Notes under the pieces: generated by a model
Told to the model about the DNA's origin: nothing
Databases searched by the model: none
Seen by the model: the letters and a program-made list of their open reading frames with translations, nothing else
Translations under genes and position numbers: made by a program
In this document: positions 9,936 to 19,462 of the stretch, in pieces
Numbering within the stretch: position 1 is the first letter of the stretch
Layout: every line of letters starts with the position of its first letter
Source of the DNA: an uncultured bacterium
Lineage (GTDB): Bacteria > Myxococcota_A > Bradymonadia > UBA7976 > VGTA01
Reading direction: 5' to 3'
Assembly (NCBI GenBank): GCA_943788935.1
Contig: CALSSE010000001.1
Coordinates: 87,269 to 151,268, forward strand
DNA length: 64,000 nt

Positions 9936-11012
9936 ATGCTCACTCTCTATTTTAATCGCAGTTTCTCTGCTACTTCTTTCTTGATCCGCTCGCTTCGTCA
10001 GCGATGGAGAGGTGAGGAACTTCAAATTATTATTAGTCACGGGCGAGAGGACCCTTATCTTAGGGAGGTCGCCGATCACTTTGAGCTAGAGCCAAAGGCC
10101 AAGGGGGAGTCATACTTTGACTATGTCTTTGAGGTCTGTAAGAGACACAAAGTTGATGTCTTTTTTCCACGCAAGCATGTGACTTATTTAGCGAGTCACC
10201 GTGATCGCTTTGATAGAATTGGGGTCAAAGTCGCCTTTGTTGGTGAACATCATATCTATGAACTTTTTGATCACAAGCTGAGAGCCTCTGAGGCGCTAGG
10301 AGGTCAGAATATTCTAGAGATCCCTGAGACCTCATTAGTGAGCGACTATAAGACCTTTCATCAGGAGTATGAGCGGATAAGAGAGAGTCCCCTTGTCCCT
10401 GACTCCTCTTCTCTAGAGACAGTATGCCTAAAACCTAATATTGGGATCGGAGGTAAAGGCTTTATGAGGATCGCTCATCAACGCACTGCGTTTGAGGACC
10501 TCTTTCGGGAGAGTATCCATTCTATTTCCTTTACTCGTCTTGATCAGGCGCTGAGAGACGCTGATCCTTTTCCGGAGCTGCTCCTCGCCACCTACCTGAA
10601 TGGCTTAGAGGTGAGCGTGGACTGTATTGGTAATAAGGGGCAACTCCTCGCTGCTTATCCTCGTATTTACGTCAATAAGTATGAGCAACGCTTTGATGAT
10701 TACCCTGAGTTGACCGACATCTGTCGGGCGATCTGTCAAACTTATAAGTTGAGTTATCTCTTTAATGTTCAATTTAAGCAACATCATGGCCGATGGTTCT
10801 TTATTGAGCTTAACACTCGAAGCGCAGCGGGAGCGCATCGTCTCTGTTCGTTGAAGGTGTGTCCGCTCAGCGCTGCTTTGAACCTCTGTCTCGATCAGTC
10901 GATAGACCAGCCTTTAGATATAGAGTGGGGATCAGTCGTTCGAAGAGTTGAGACTTATGAAGGGTGTACTGTTTTCCCTCAAGACTATCAAATAAGTGGT
11001 CCCGAAGCCTGA
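9936..11012 (+). CDS. ATP-grasp domain protein, ATPgrasp_Ter-like (PF15632) family
   Basis: N-terminal YFNRSFS and C(K/R)xHxVDVFFP pattern typical of this family, plus CLKPNIGIGGKGF, GLEVSVDC, FNVQFK, FFIELNTR. Confidence 0.75.
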   Translation: MLTLYFNRSFSATSFLIRSLRQRWRGEELQIIISHGREDPYLREVADHFELEPKAKGESYFDYVFEVCKRHKVDVFFPRKHVTYLASHRDRFDRIGVKVAFVGEHHIYELFDHKLRASEALGGQNILEIPETSLVSDYKTFHQEYERIRESPLVPDSSSLETVCLKPNIGIGGKGFMRIAHQRTAFEDLFRESIHSISFTRLDQALRDADPFPELLLATYLNGLEVSVDCIGNKGQLLAAYPRIYVNKYEQRFDDYPELTDICRAICQTYKLSYLFNVQFKQHHGRWFFIELNTRSAAGAHRLCSLKVCPLSAALNLCLDQSIDQPLDIEWGSVVRRVETYEGCTVFPQDYQISGPEA

Positions 11013-11140
11013 TCTCATGAGAAATGTGACCGGAGAGTGATAAGGTTTTTTATTATATAGGATGATGTTTTCATTGATTGGTTAACACATTAACTGTGAA
11101 CTTGACCGCACAAGAATGCTCATAAATAAAGGATAAGCAC

Positions 11141-11467
11141 ATGATATATGATCTCTTGACAAAGGCAGTCGAAGCAAAAGATGTCGCTGCATGGTCGGCA
11201 TTGTTCAGCGATGACTTTGAATTCGTCCGCCATAAGAGCGGAACCTCTCTCAATAAAACGCAGTCTGTTGAGATGATGAAACAGTTTATGGCCAGCGATA
11301 AAGTGGTCGAGCACAGTCGACGCTGTATCTATGAAAATGAAGACATCCTCGTCATTCACTCGGTGATGGATTTCGCTGACAATACCCGAGAGGCGATTAT
11401 CGCTGTATACACCATCAAAGATGGCTTGATTGTAGCCTCTGAGACCGGAGCGACTCTCTTAAGTTAG
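11141..11467 (+). CDS. NTF2/SnoaL-like small protein
   Basis: 108 aa with the NTF2-fold pattern (AKDVAAWSALFSDDFEF...RCIYENEDILVIHS...ETGAT). AAGGA SD upstream. Confidence 0.75.
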   Translation: MIYDLLTKAVEAKDVAAWSALFSDDFEFVRHKSGTSLNKTQSVEMMKQFMASDKVVEHSRRCIYENEDILVIHSVMDFADNTREAIIAVYTIKDGLIVASETGATLLS

Positions 11468-11470
11468 AGT

Positions 11471-11527
11471 GTCACCTTGGTTGGAGAGTCACCTTGGTTG
11501 GAGAGTCACCTTGGTTGGAGAGTCACC
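11471..11527. repeat. 17-bp tandem repeat (GTCACCTTGGTTGGAGA)x3 plus partial unit
   Basis: Read directly. The unit duplicates the last codons and TGA stop of the convergent 541-aa gene. Confidence 0.93.
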
Positions 11528-13131
11528 GGTAAGCCACTTCTGATCTGTTCGTCGATCCAAGAGCTCTCGCCGATAAGTTGAACCGATTCGGTGAGGTGTC
11601 CGTAGCTTAAAAAGAGAGCCCCCGAAGAGAGATCAACGCCTAGCGGGGCCTCACCTACAATCGACAAGGTTAAGGTGTCATTCACTTCAAAGGAGGCTCG
11701 GATCAAGCACCATCCTGACGTATGAAGTGTACATTGCCATTCATCTCCTGCCGAGGTGTTTACGCTGACTTCAAGACCTTCAGGAGAGCCGGTCATGAGC
11801 TCTAAGTGGAGGGCAAGACTCCCGATGAGTTGATTCGCTTGATCGGTGATCGACCCACAAATGCCTCTGCTAGTGATGATCGCTTCACCCCACAAATCCA
11901 CGAGGCCGACACAGTCTTCATCGCCAGTTTGACTAGAAATTAACTCTTGATCGACTTGAGGGAGATTAAGCTGACCGACGAGTCGGATACTACGGTTTTC
12001 ATTTGCTTGACCCATGGGACCTGAAGCCGCAGCAGCTGTGTTATCGAAACCAGACCCAGGTCCAGCTACAGATCCGTTTGATGGCAAGCCACCAATAGCA
12101 GAGAGCTCGCCTGACTCCAATATATCAATCTGTTCAGCATAGAGCTGAATAGAGCCCGCTGCGCCACCGGTCATATTACTCCAAGACGTCCCTGCTCCTC
12201 CGTGGGCGATCAGTGATCCGCCCAGTGACACAGAACGCGCATAGAGATGAATATCTCCACCTGATGCGCCATAGACACCTACTGTACTGCTATTGCGACT
12301 ACATGTGCTCGAATCTGGAGCTGAGGCGTCTATGATTGAGCCACGCTCTAGGCTGATGTCCTGAGCGTAAATATAGAGTCCTCCTCCTCCCTCATACCGG
12401 GGGGACAGACAGGGTTGATTAGACGGGAAACCAGCGCTTGAGTCAGGGGATATACTAAGCGCCACACCTTCGGTAAGTCGTAGCGACTGGAAACGATAGA
12501 CCCCTGGGGTGGCCTCTGAAGATTCTCGGAGAACACATTGGCTGGTGGGGCCTATTTTAAACTGATCAAAAGGACAAGATAAGTAATGGCCAAAACCGTC
12601 TTCATCAACGAAGCCATCACAGTCGTTATCTAAGCAATCACAACGCGTCTCAGATTGCTCGTAATCTTCGCCAAAGTCTTGGGGGAGACAGGTGACCCAT
12701 GACCCTTCATAGCAAGTTTTAAGGCGCCCTGCGCATACTCCTTGATTAGGTTCACAGCTTGGTGTGTCTCCAACGCACTCTTCAGAGTTTACTTCCATAT
12801 CGAGTGATTGATCTAGTCCCATATCGAGGGGAGCAGGAGCTCCTCTGTCGATTGAGTGATCAGGCTGCATATCTTCAGTGTTGTCGACCGCCGCATCTCT
12901 AGGGATCATATCTCTCATCGGTGATCCCCCCCTATCGAAGACCATCATCTCTTCACCGATAAAGAGGTCTTCAAGAGAAGGACCTTGGTCTTTAAGAGGT
13001 GCTAGAGGGCGCTGATCCTCTTCAAAGTTACGAACTTGAGGGAGATCTAGGCAGGCAGTAAGGCTCAGGCTGATTAAGGCAAAAAGACTGATTATAGTGG
13101 TGAAATGAAGATGACTTCTCTGAGCGATCAT
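11506..13131 (-). CDS. Cys-rich lipoprotein (MopE-like DNDCDG motif) with Gly-rich domain
   Basis: Lipobox SLTAC, CDCLDNDCDGFVDE motif, Gly-rich GASGGDIHL/GGAAGSIQL repeats. Paralogous to 13131-15359. Confidence 0.7.
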   Translation of the reverse strand: MIAQRSHLHFTTIISLFALISLSLTACLDLPQVRNFEEDQRPLAPLKDQGPSLEDLFIGEEMMVFDRGGSPMRDMIPRDAAVDNTEDMQPDHSIDRGAPAPLDMGLDQSLDMEVNSEECVGDTPSCEPNQGVCAGRLKTCYEGSWVTCLPQDFGEDYEQSETRCDCLDNDCDGFVDEDGFGHYLSCPFDQFKIGPTSQCVLRESSEATPGVYRFQSLRLTEGVALSISPDSSAGFPSNQPCLSPRYEGGGGLYIYAQDISLERGSIIDASAPDSSTCSRNSSTVGVYGASGGDIHLYARSVSLGGSLIAHGGAGTSWSNMTGGAAGSIQLYAEQIDILESGELSAIGGLPSNGSVAGPGSGFDNTAAAASGPMGQANENRSIRLVGQLNLPQVDQELISSQTGDEDCVGLVDLWGEAIITSRGICGSITDQANQLIGSLALHLELMTGSPEGLEVSVNTSAGDEWQCTLHTSGWCLIRASFEVNDTLTLSIVGEAPLGVDLSSGALFLSYGHLTESVQLIGESSWIDEQIRSGLPVTLQPR

Positions 13132-15359
13132 TATTCTGCCTCTAACTGAAATGAGAGACCTCGTTCTAGTTCATCCTCTCTCCACTCAAGCGATAATCGT
13201 GAAGTGTATCCCGAGATTCGGTCTCCGTATTCGATGTTGATCAGTCCATCGAAGAGGGGGGTTGGATAGTCGGGCTCTAAGCGCTGCTTGACTTGATAGG
13301 GGCGCTGAGTCAAGAGAGTGCTGTAGATGTTACAGTTATCATTTTGAGTGATACGACAGCTCCCGATCACGCTTTGAGTAGGGACGTCAATGAATTCGAC
13401 TTCGATACCGACTGGAGAATAGGAGCTATCAATGATCTCTATCATAAGGCTCGATTCGGGGTATTCCTCTGTACCGCTACATACCTGGTCGGCAGCGATG
13501 ATCGCCATCCCCCACAGATCAACGATCCCATCACACATCATATTGCCATCTCTACTCTCGATCATAGAGTTCTCCTCGGTCTCGATGACGATCTCCCCGA
13601 TGACTCGTACAGAGCGCTCTGGATCACCCTCTCCATCCGAAGCTGATCCAACCGCGTTAGGGTTAGCGAGGCCGGCTCCAGGTCCGGCACCTGAGGTTCC
13701 ATGACGCTCCCGAGAGATCGCTAGACCCCCATAAGCAGAGATCTTACCAGCGGCCCCTATGGTTAACAGGTCAGAGTAGACCTGAACTGATCCAGCGGTA
13801 CCTCCTCGACGACTACTCCATGGAGACCCTGCTCCGCCATGGGCGCTTAATCTTCCATTGAGATAAACCGAGGGAGCGTGAAGACCAATATCTCCTCCCG
13901 AGGCGCCCATGACCCCTACCCAGCTACTGTTTCGCTCACAGAAAGTAGAATTCGGCGCTGAGGCGTCTATACTCGAGCCCTCTTCAAGCCTAATTACATC
14001 AGCGAAGAGATATAGGCCCCCTCCACCCGGATAAGGAGTCATGGGAAAGACCTGAGTGTGACAAGGACGATCAGAGGGGTGACCTGCTCCAGAGTCAGCG
14101 ATGACACTGAGTGATACACCTTCAGCGATCGATAAGGAGCGGAAATGATACTCTCCTGTGGTGACATCAGAAGACTCTCGAAGAACACAATCACTAGTAA
14201 GACCTTGCTGAAAAGACTCAAAAGTACAGGAGAGCCACTCTCCATTCTCCGCCTCATCAACGATTCCGTCACAATCATTATCAAGACAGTCACAGAGGCT
14301 CTCTTCCTCTTCATAAGCTGAGCCAAACTGATCGTTAGTGCATTCTCTCCACCCTGCCTCTCCATCACAAATCTTTTGAGCGCTAGCGCACACTCCTAAA
14401 TCAAGGGCGCAAGGTTGGGGGGGGAGCTCTTCATCGAGCGCACCATCACAGTCGTTATCGATTCCGTCACAGAGCTCTTCTCGAGGTCTGATTTCTCCCG
14501 TGCAGATCACTTGTCCTGCAAAGCAGGAGGTGAGTCCGAGGCTACATTCGCCGGTATCCAAGCCGCATGGTAAACCTGCCCCATTAGGCTCAGCGATAAG
14601 TATCACTTGCTCATCGAGTAGAGGGAGAGGATGTAACTCCGTCGCTGACTCTCCCTCCACAGAAGGATAGGGCCCATCGATCAATCGTCCAGATTGATCA
14701 ATAATCTCTATCACCTCATACCCACTGAACCGACGACCTTGTGCGCTGACATTGTAGATCAAGCGTATCTGATGCCCAGGGACAATGACCGATTGACCTC
14801 TGAGCTGGTCACCTGTAAAGGGGCTACCGCTCACTGAGGCTCCATTTTCATCTATGATATCTAGGGTCGCATATTCAGGGTCAATGATCGTGTTTTCACT
14901 GAAGCGTACTGTCAGTTCAACATAAGCGGGGGATTCATCGATCTTTCCATCACAATCATTGTCTAGATCATCACAAATCTCGGGCTGTATGTCGCATGTT
15001 AATCCGTCATCAAAGTCGTCCCCATCGATCGATTGGTCCATGAGTCCATCGATAATAGACCCTTGATCTAACCCTTGATCATTGATGAGGTTTATCCCCT
15101 GATCATCGGAATCTTGGTCATCGGAATCTTGGTCATCGGAATCTTGGTCATCGGAATCTTGATCATCGAATCCTTGATCGATCTCTGAACACTCGCAGCG
15201 AAGCTCTGGATCATCAGGTGAGCAGAGACACTCTCCCTGGTCATTGAAGGAGGTGCTTGTCTCAGTGTGGAGATTAGGATCAATACATCCACTAGTTAAA
15301 GTTACGCAGCCTAATGAGAGCGATAAAGTTGCGAGGTTGAGTATCTTTGAAGGACTCAT
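13131..15359 (-). CDS. Cys-rich lipoprotein with three MopE-like motifs and Gly-rich domain
   Basis: Lipobox LTSGC, three E.CDx.DNDCDG.xDE motifs, (DDQDS)n linker. The stop overlaps the next start (TAATG). Confidence 0.7.
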   Translation of the reverse strand: MSPSKILNLATLSLSLGCVTLTSGCIDPNLHTETSTSFNDQGECLCSPDDPELRCECSEIDQGFDDQDSDDQDSDDQDSDDQDSDDQGINLINDQGLDQGSIIDGLMDQSIDGDDFDDGLTCDIQPEICDDLDNDCDGKIDESPAYVELTVRFSENTIIDPEYATLDIIDENGASVSGSPFTGDQLRGQSVIVPGHQIRLIYNVSAQGRRFSGYEVIEIIDQSGRLIDGPYPSVEGESATELHPLPLLDEQVILIAEPNGAGLPCGLDTGECSLGLTSCFAGQVICTGEIRPREELCDGIDNDCDGALDEELPPQPCALDLGVCASAQKICDGEAGWRECTNDQFGSAYEEEESLCDCLDNDCDGIVDEAENGEWLSCTFESFQQGLTSDCVLRESSDVTTGEYHFRSLSIAEGVSLSVIADSGAGHPSDRPCHTQVFPMTPYPGGGGLYLFADVIRLEEGSSIDASAPNSTFCERNSSWVGVMGASGGDIGLHAPSVYLNGRLSAHGGAGSPWSSRRGGTAGSVQVYSDLLTIGAAGKISAYGGLAISRERHGTSGAGPGAGLANPNAVGSASDGEGDPERSVRVIGEIVIETEENSMIESRDGNMMCDGIVDLWGMAIIAADQVCSGTEEYPESSLMIEIIDSSYSPVGIEVEFIDVPTQSVIGSCRITQNDNCNIYSTLLTQRPYQVKQRLEPDYPTPLFDGLINIEYGDRISGYTSRLSLEWREDELERGLSFQLEAE
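15101..15175. repeat. Coding 15-bp tandem repeat x5, encoding (DDQDS)n on the minus strand
   Basis: Units GGTCATCGGAATCTT and variants read directly. Confidence 0.92.
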
Positions 15360-15724
15360 CAGATAGACTCCTCTCTTAAGGACGAAGTTCTTAAGATTAT
15401 TAAGTATTGATGACTACTACTTAAACACTGATTGCGGTTGGTCTTCAATGATTAATGAAACATGCAATGTTAAGCCCTCAGCGGACGAAAACACAGTGAA
15501 GGCACACTCCGCTGATGAAGATAAAAAATCACTTGAAGCGACTCATACACATCTATGAACCCGAATAAGATCCTTTAGTGAAATCTGTCTTTAGTAAGAG
15601 CTTAACCATTAAGCCCTCCACCGGTGATCATGGTAAACTCAACAGAAACTAGGCTCGCTTGAATATTGTTTGAGTCGTTGTAGACTGCGTTTGCTCTATC
15701 AGTCACTCTTTATGGAGGGGAAGT

Positions 15725-17557
15725 TCAGCGCCTAAAATTAGCGCAAAGGGGTGAGGGAATGGCGAAAGCTCCATAAGATGAGGAGGGGCCACCGATCACT
15801 TGGTATTCTGGATCAAAAGTGCCATCGCCATTCCCGCGGTAGAGGCGAGTCTCTCCTGGCGTGTCATAACTGACAGTTCGGACCCCAATGATCAGATCCA
15901 TGAAGCCATCGAAGTCGAAATCAAAGGTCCGCCCGCTTGACTCTCGTCCGAGCCTCTCGCCACCACCCTGCTCGACAGCATCAGTAGGGTTAATATCGAT
16001 CGCGCTGATCGCCTGGTCATTGAATGTTCCATCACCTAAACCAAGATATGTCCACGCTTCGCCAGAGCGACCATCATCATCAAACCCCATAAGAACATCC
16101 CCCGCACCATCAGCATTAAAATCAGCGAATAAGATCGTGTTGACTGGGGCTTGTTCCCTATTGATGTTGTGTATAAATGACTGGGTGGGGTTAGAGAAAC
16201 CTCCTTGGCCATCTCCATTGAGGACATAGAGTCTAGTCGCTGAGTTTCCCCCAGAAGCATAGGTCGCTAAGGTGAGGTCAACAAAGTCGTCAATATCAGG
16301 GTTCAGGTTGACCGCTTGAGCGGCGATTCGAGCGGTCCACTCCCCAACGACCGCAGAGCTTATTGACATGGCGGGGAGGGTCATGAAAAAGCATTCATCT
16401 TCCGCGAGAGGGCTAGTCGCGCAGTTTGAATTGGGGTGGTCATTGTTGAGATACACTTGAATCTCTCCGGAGACAATATTCTGCCCACTAGGGCGAACAA
16501 TCTGTCGGCTGATAATATCAAATCGATCATCTCCGTTTACATCAGCAGTAATCCCAAAGATATCTTTAATCACGATACCTAGATCGTGACGGATAAACTC
16601 ATCGGCTTTGATATCTCTAGTAAAGTGATACATGTACCGTTCTCCAGTGCCAATATTGAACGGGGTTGATTGGGCCATAAAGTCCATGACCCCGTCTCCA
16701 TCGAAGTCACCAATTGAGAAATTAGTATAGCTCAAGGTTTCTCCGTTATGAATAATCGGCTCGCCGATGATGACAGACTCTCTAAAGCTACCGTCACGAT
16801 TACTAAGAAAGAGATCGATCTGCCCATCTTCTCTAGCGCGGAGCATAAACTCAGGGAAGGGGTCTCGTGGATATGGATCTTGATCATCGAGAATACCATC
16901 ACTATCGGTGTCATCATTTAAGTGACTAGAGAGACGGCAGTCTTCTCCATAGGCCTGCTCTTCGAGATCACTGAGTCCATCATTGTCATCATCTTCATCA
17001 GCCCCGTCTCCTATGCCGTCTCCATCGGTGTCTCTTGATTCATTCGGGTCATCGGGAAACAGATCAAGGTCATCGGGAACGCCATCTTGGTCACGGTCGG
17101 GGAGTGGCTCTTCACCAGCCATCTCACCTGCGACTTCACCGGCGGTCTCGCCAGCTGTTTCACCGGCAGTGTCACCGGCAGAGTCACCGGCAGTGTCACC
17201 GGCAGTGTCACCGGCAGTGTCACCGGCAGAGTCACCGGCAGAGTCACCGGCAGTGTCTCCAGCAGTGTCTCCAGCAGTGTCTCCAGCAGTGTCTCCGGCA
17301 GTGTCACCGGCAGTGTCACCGGCAGTGTCACCGGCAGTGTCACCGGCAGTGTCACCGGCAGTGTCACCGGCAGTGTCACCGGCAGTGTCACCGGCAGTGT
17401 CACCAGCGATTCCTGCATCCCGGAAGCGATTGTCAACGCCCACTGCGCTGTCATTAACCTGACAAGCGCAGAGCGATATGGCGAGTAAAGTGCTCGAATA
17501 GAGAGATACACTCATATGGTGGGTATCGGAGACTCGATTATGGAGTGATCTGATCAT
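15725..17557 (-). CDS. Lipoprotein with TSP3-like Ca-binding repeats and FG-GAP/VCBS beta-propeller
   Basis: Lipobox SLCAC, (AGDT)n linker, DxDxDG repeats (DRDQDGVPD, DTDGDGIGD), FG-GAP motifs GDFDGDG, ADVNGDD, ADFNADG, FDFDFDG. Confidence 0.82.
   Translation of the reverse strand: MIRSLHNRVSDTHHMSVSLYSSTLLAISLCACQVNDSAVGVDNRFRDAGIAGDTAGDTAGDTAGDTAGDTAGDTAGDTAGDTAGDTAGDTAGDTAGDTAGDTAGDSAGDSAGDTAGDTAGDTAGDSAGDTAGETAGETAGEVAGEMAGEEPLPDRDQDGVPDDLDLFPDDPNESRDTDGDGIGDGADEDDDNDGLSDLEEQAYGEDCRLSSHLNDDTDSDGILDDQDPYPRDPFPEFMLRAREDGQIDLFLSNRDGSFRESVIIGEPIIHNGETLSYTNFSIGDFDGDGVMDFMAQSTPFNIGTGERYMYHFTRDIKADEFIRHDLGIVIKDIFGITADVNGDDRFDIISRQIVRPSGQNIVSGEIQVYLNNDHPNSNCATSPLAEDECFFMTLPAMSISSAVVGEWTARIAAQAVNLNPDIDDFVDLTLATYASGGNSATRLYVLNGDGQGGFSNPTQSFIHNINREQAPVNTILFADFNADGAGDVLMGFDDDGRSGEAWTYLGLGDGTFNDQAISAIDINPTDAVEQGGGERLGRESSGRTFDFDFDGFMDLIIGVRTVSYDTPGETRLYRGNGDGTFDPEYQVIGGPSSSYGAFAIPSPLCANFRR
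17113..17400. repeat. Coding 12-bp tandem repeat: 20 near-identical units at 17161-17400 plus about 4 degenerate units, encoding (AGDT/AGET)n
   Basis: CACCGGCAGTGT units counted directly. Confidence 0.97.
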
Positions 17558-17687
17558 GTTTATCCTCTTTAACTCCTATTGTTTTAGGCTCAGAGGTTAC
17601 TAATTACCGATGAGCACGAGTTAGTCTAGAGTAAAAGCGAGTCCTCTCTCGATCTCCTCTCTTTAACGCTACTTAGGTTAGGCAGAC

Positions 17688-17729
17688 GCTGCTGTTGACT
17701 TGCTGCTGTTGACTTGCTGTTCTTGACTT
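17688..17729. repeat. Intergenic 14-bp direct repeat x3 (GCTGCTGTTGACTT) in the divergent promoter region
   Basis: Two identical units and a third with two substitutions. Each contains TTGACT. Confidence 0.85.
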
Positions 17730-17809
17730 CTGAGGTCGTCTAGCGAGACATTAATAGATCACATAATCTACTCTCGCTCGCGCGACTCAGACGACACAAG
17801 GAGTCTCAC

Positions 17810-19462
17810 TTGAACGCCCCTTTTCAATATGCCCCCCTCCTTCCCCTAGGTGACGATGAGACTGAATATCGTCTCCTCACCCCTGACTATGTCTCTACCT
17901 TTGAGGCGGAGGGAGAGCGTTTCCTTAAAGTACATCCTGAGGGACTCACTTATCTCACCGGAGTGGCGATGAAGGAGATCGCTCACTATTTACGCACTAG
18001 TCACCTCGCGCAGCTGCAGAGGATATTAGATGACCCAGAGGCTTCATCGAATGATCGCTTTGTCGCCCTCGATCTTCTCAAGAACGCCTCTATTGCCGCT
18101 GGTGGGATTCTCCCCTCCTGTCAAGACACTGGCACCGCGATTGTGATGGGTAAAAAAGGACAGAGAGTGTTTACCGGCGGGGGTGATGAAGAAGCGATCG
18201 CGAAAGGGGTCTATCAGACCTATACAGAGAGTAACCTCCGCTACTCTCAGCTCGCCCCGATGGGGATGTATACTGAGCAGAACACCAAGAACAACCTCCC
18301 CGCTCAAATAGAGCTCTATGCCGAAGACGGAGATGCTTATAAGTTCCTATTTATGGCTAAAGGAGGAGGGTCAGCCAATAAGAGCTATCTCTTCCAAGAG
18401 ACCAAAGCCTTGCTTAACCCAGAGAGTCTTAAGGCTTTCTTGGCTGATAAAATCGCCAAGATCGGCACTGCTGCTTGCCCGCCCTATCACTTAGCGATCG
18501 TCGTTGGAGGAACCTCTGCGGAGCACGCTCTCAAGGTCGCTAAATTAGCGTCTGCCCGCTACCTAGATGGGATGCCTACCGAGGGGAGCCTCGCAGGACA
18601 TGGAATCAGAGTTCCGGAGCTTGAGGAATCGGTATGGGAGATGACCAAACAAATGGGGATTGGGGCTCAATTTGGGGGGAAATACTTTTGCCACGATGTG
18701 AGGGTCATCCGTCTCCCTCGTCATGGCGCTTCCTGTCCAGTAGCGATCGCTGTCTCTTGCTCAGCCGATAGACAAGTGAAAGCTAAGATCAATGCTCAAG
18801 GTTTATGGATCGAGAGACTAGAGCATGACCCTGCTCAGTTCCTCCCTGCTCCGACCGGTGAAGAGCTTGGCGGTGAGGTAGTTAAGGTTGATCTTAACCA
18901 GCCGATGTCAGAGATTAGAGCTCATCTTAGCCAATATCCTATCAAGACTCGCCTCTCGCTCAGCGGGACGCTGATCGTTGGGCGTGACATCGCTCACGCC
19001 AAGCTCAAAGAGAGAATCGACAACGGAGAGGGCCTTCCCGATTATGTGAAGGACCACATTATTTATTACGCAGGTCCTGCTAAGACGCCTGAGGGTTATG
19101 CGAGTGGCTCATTTGGTCCGACGACTGCGAGTCGTATGGACGCTTATACTGACCTCTTCCAATCTCATGGGGGGAGTATGATTATGCTCGCTAAGGGGAA
19201 TCGCTCCCAAGCGGTCACTGACTCTTGCAAAGCCCATGGCGGTTTTTATCTAGGTTCTATCGGTGGGCCCGCCGCCCGCCTCGCTCAAGATTGTATTCGG
19301 AAGGTTGAGGTTCTCGAATATCCCGAGCTAGGAATGGAAGCGATTTGGAAGATTGAAGTTGAGGACTTCCCTGCTTTCATTGTCGTTGATGACAAGGGAA
19401 ATGACTTCTTCACCGCCATTAAGCGAGAGCGTGAAGCCCTAACTGTGATCGGGGGTTCTTAA
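17810..19462 (+). CDS. fumA: Fumarate hydratase class I (Fe-S)
   Basis: Motifs [73 protein letters not shown] before the TTG start. Confidence 0.95.
   Translation: MNAPFQYAPLLPLGDDETEYRLLTPDYVSTFEAEGERFLKVHPEGLTYLTGVAMKEIAHYLRTSHLAQLQRILDDPEASSNDRFVALDLLKNASIAAGGILPSCQDTGTAIVMGKKGQRVFTGGGDEEAIAKGVYQTYTESNLRYSQLAPMGMYTEQNTKNNLPAQIELYAEDGDAYKFLFMAKGGGSANKSYLFQETKALLNPESLKAFLADKIAKIGTAACPPYHLAIVVGGTSAEHALKVAKLASARYLDGMPTEGSLAGHGIRVPELEESVWEMTKQMGIGAQFGGKYFCHDVRVIRLPRHGASCPVAIAVSCSADRQVKAKINAQGLWIERLEHDPAQFLPAPTGEELGGEVVKVDLNQPMSEIRAHLSQYPIKTRLSLSGTLIVGRDIAHAKLKERIDNGEGLPDYVKDHIIYYAGPAKTPEGYASGSFGPTTASRMDAYTDLFQSHGGSMIMLAKGNRSQAVTDSCKAHGGFYLGSIGGPAARLAQDCIRKVEVLEYPELGMEAIWKIEVEDFPAFIVVDDKGNDFFTAIKREREALTVIGGS

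Noticed and set aside
11070-11480. Integron gene cassette around the NTF2 gene
   Set aside because: GTTAGAG after the stop does not fit GTTRRRY, no RYYYAAC inverse core or attC palindrome was found, and there is no integrase.
16983-17511. Four overlapping repeat ORFs ((SPAV)n, (VTLP)n, (CHRQ)n, (GSVT)n)
   Set aside because: Shadow frames of the 12-bp array in the FG-GAP lipoprotein gene.
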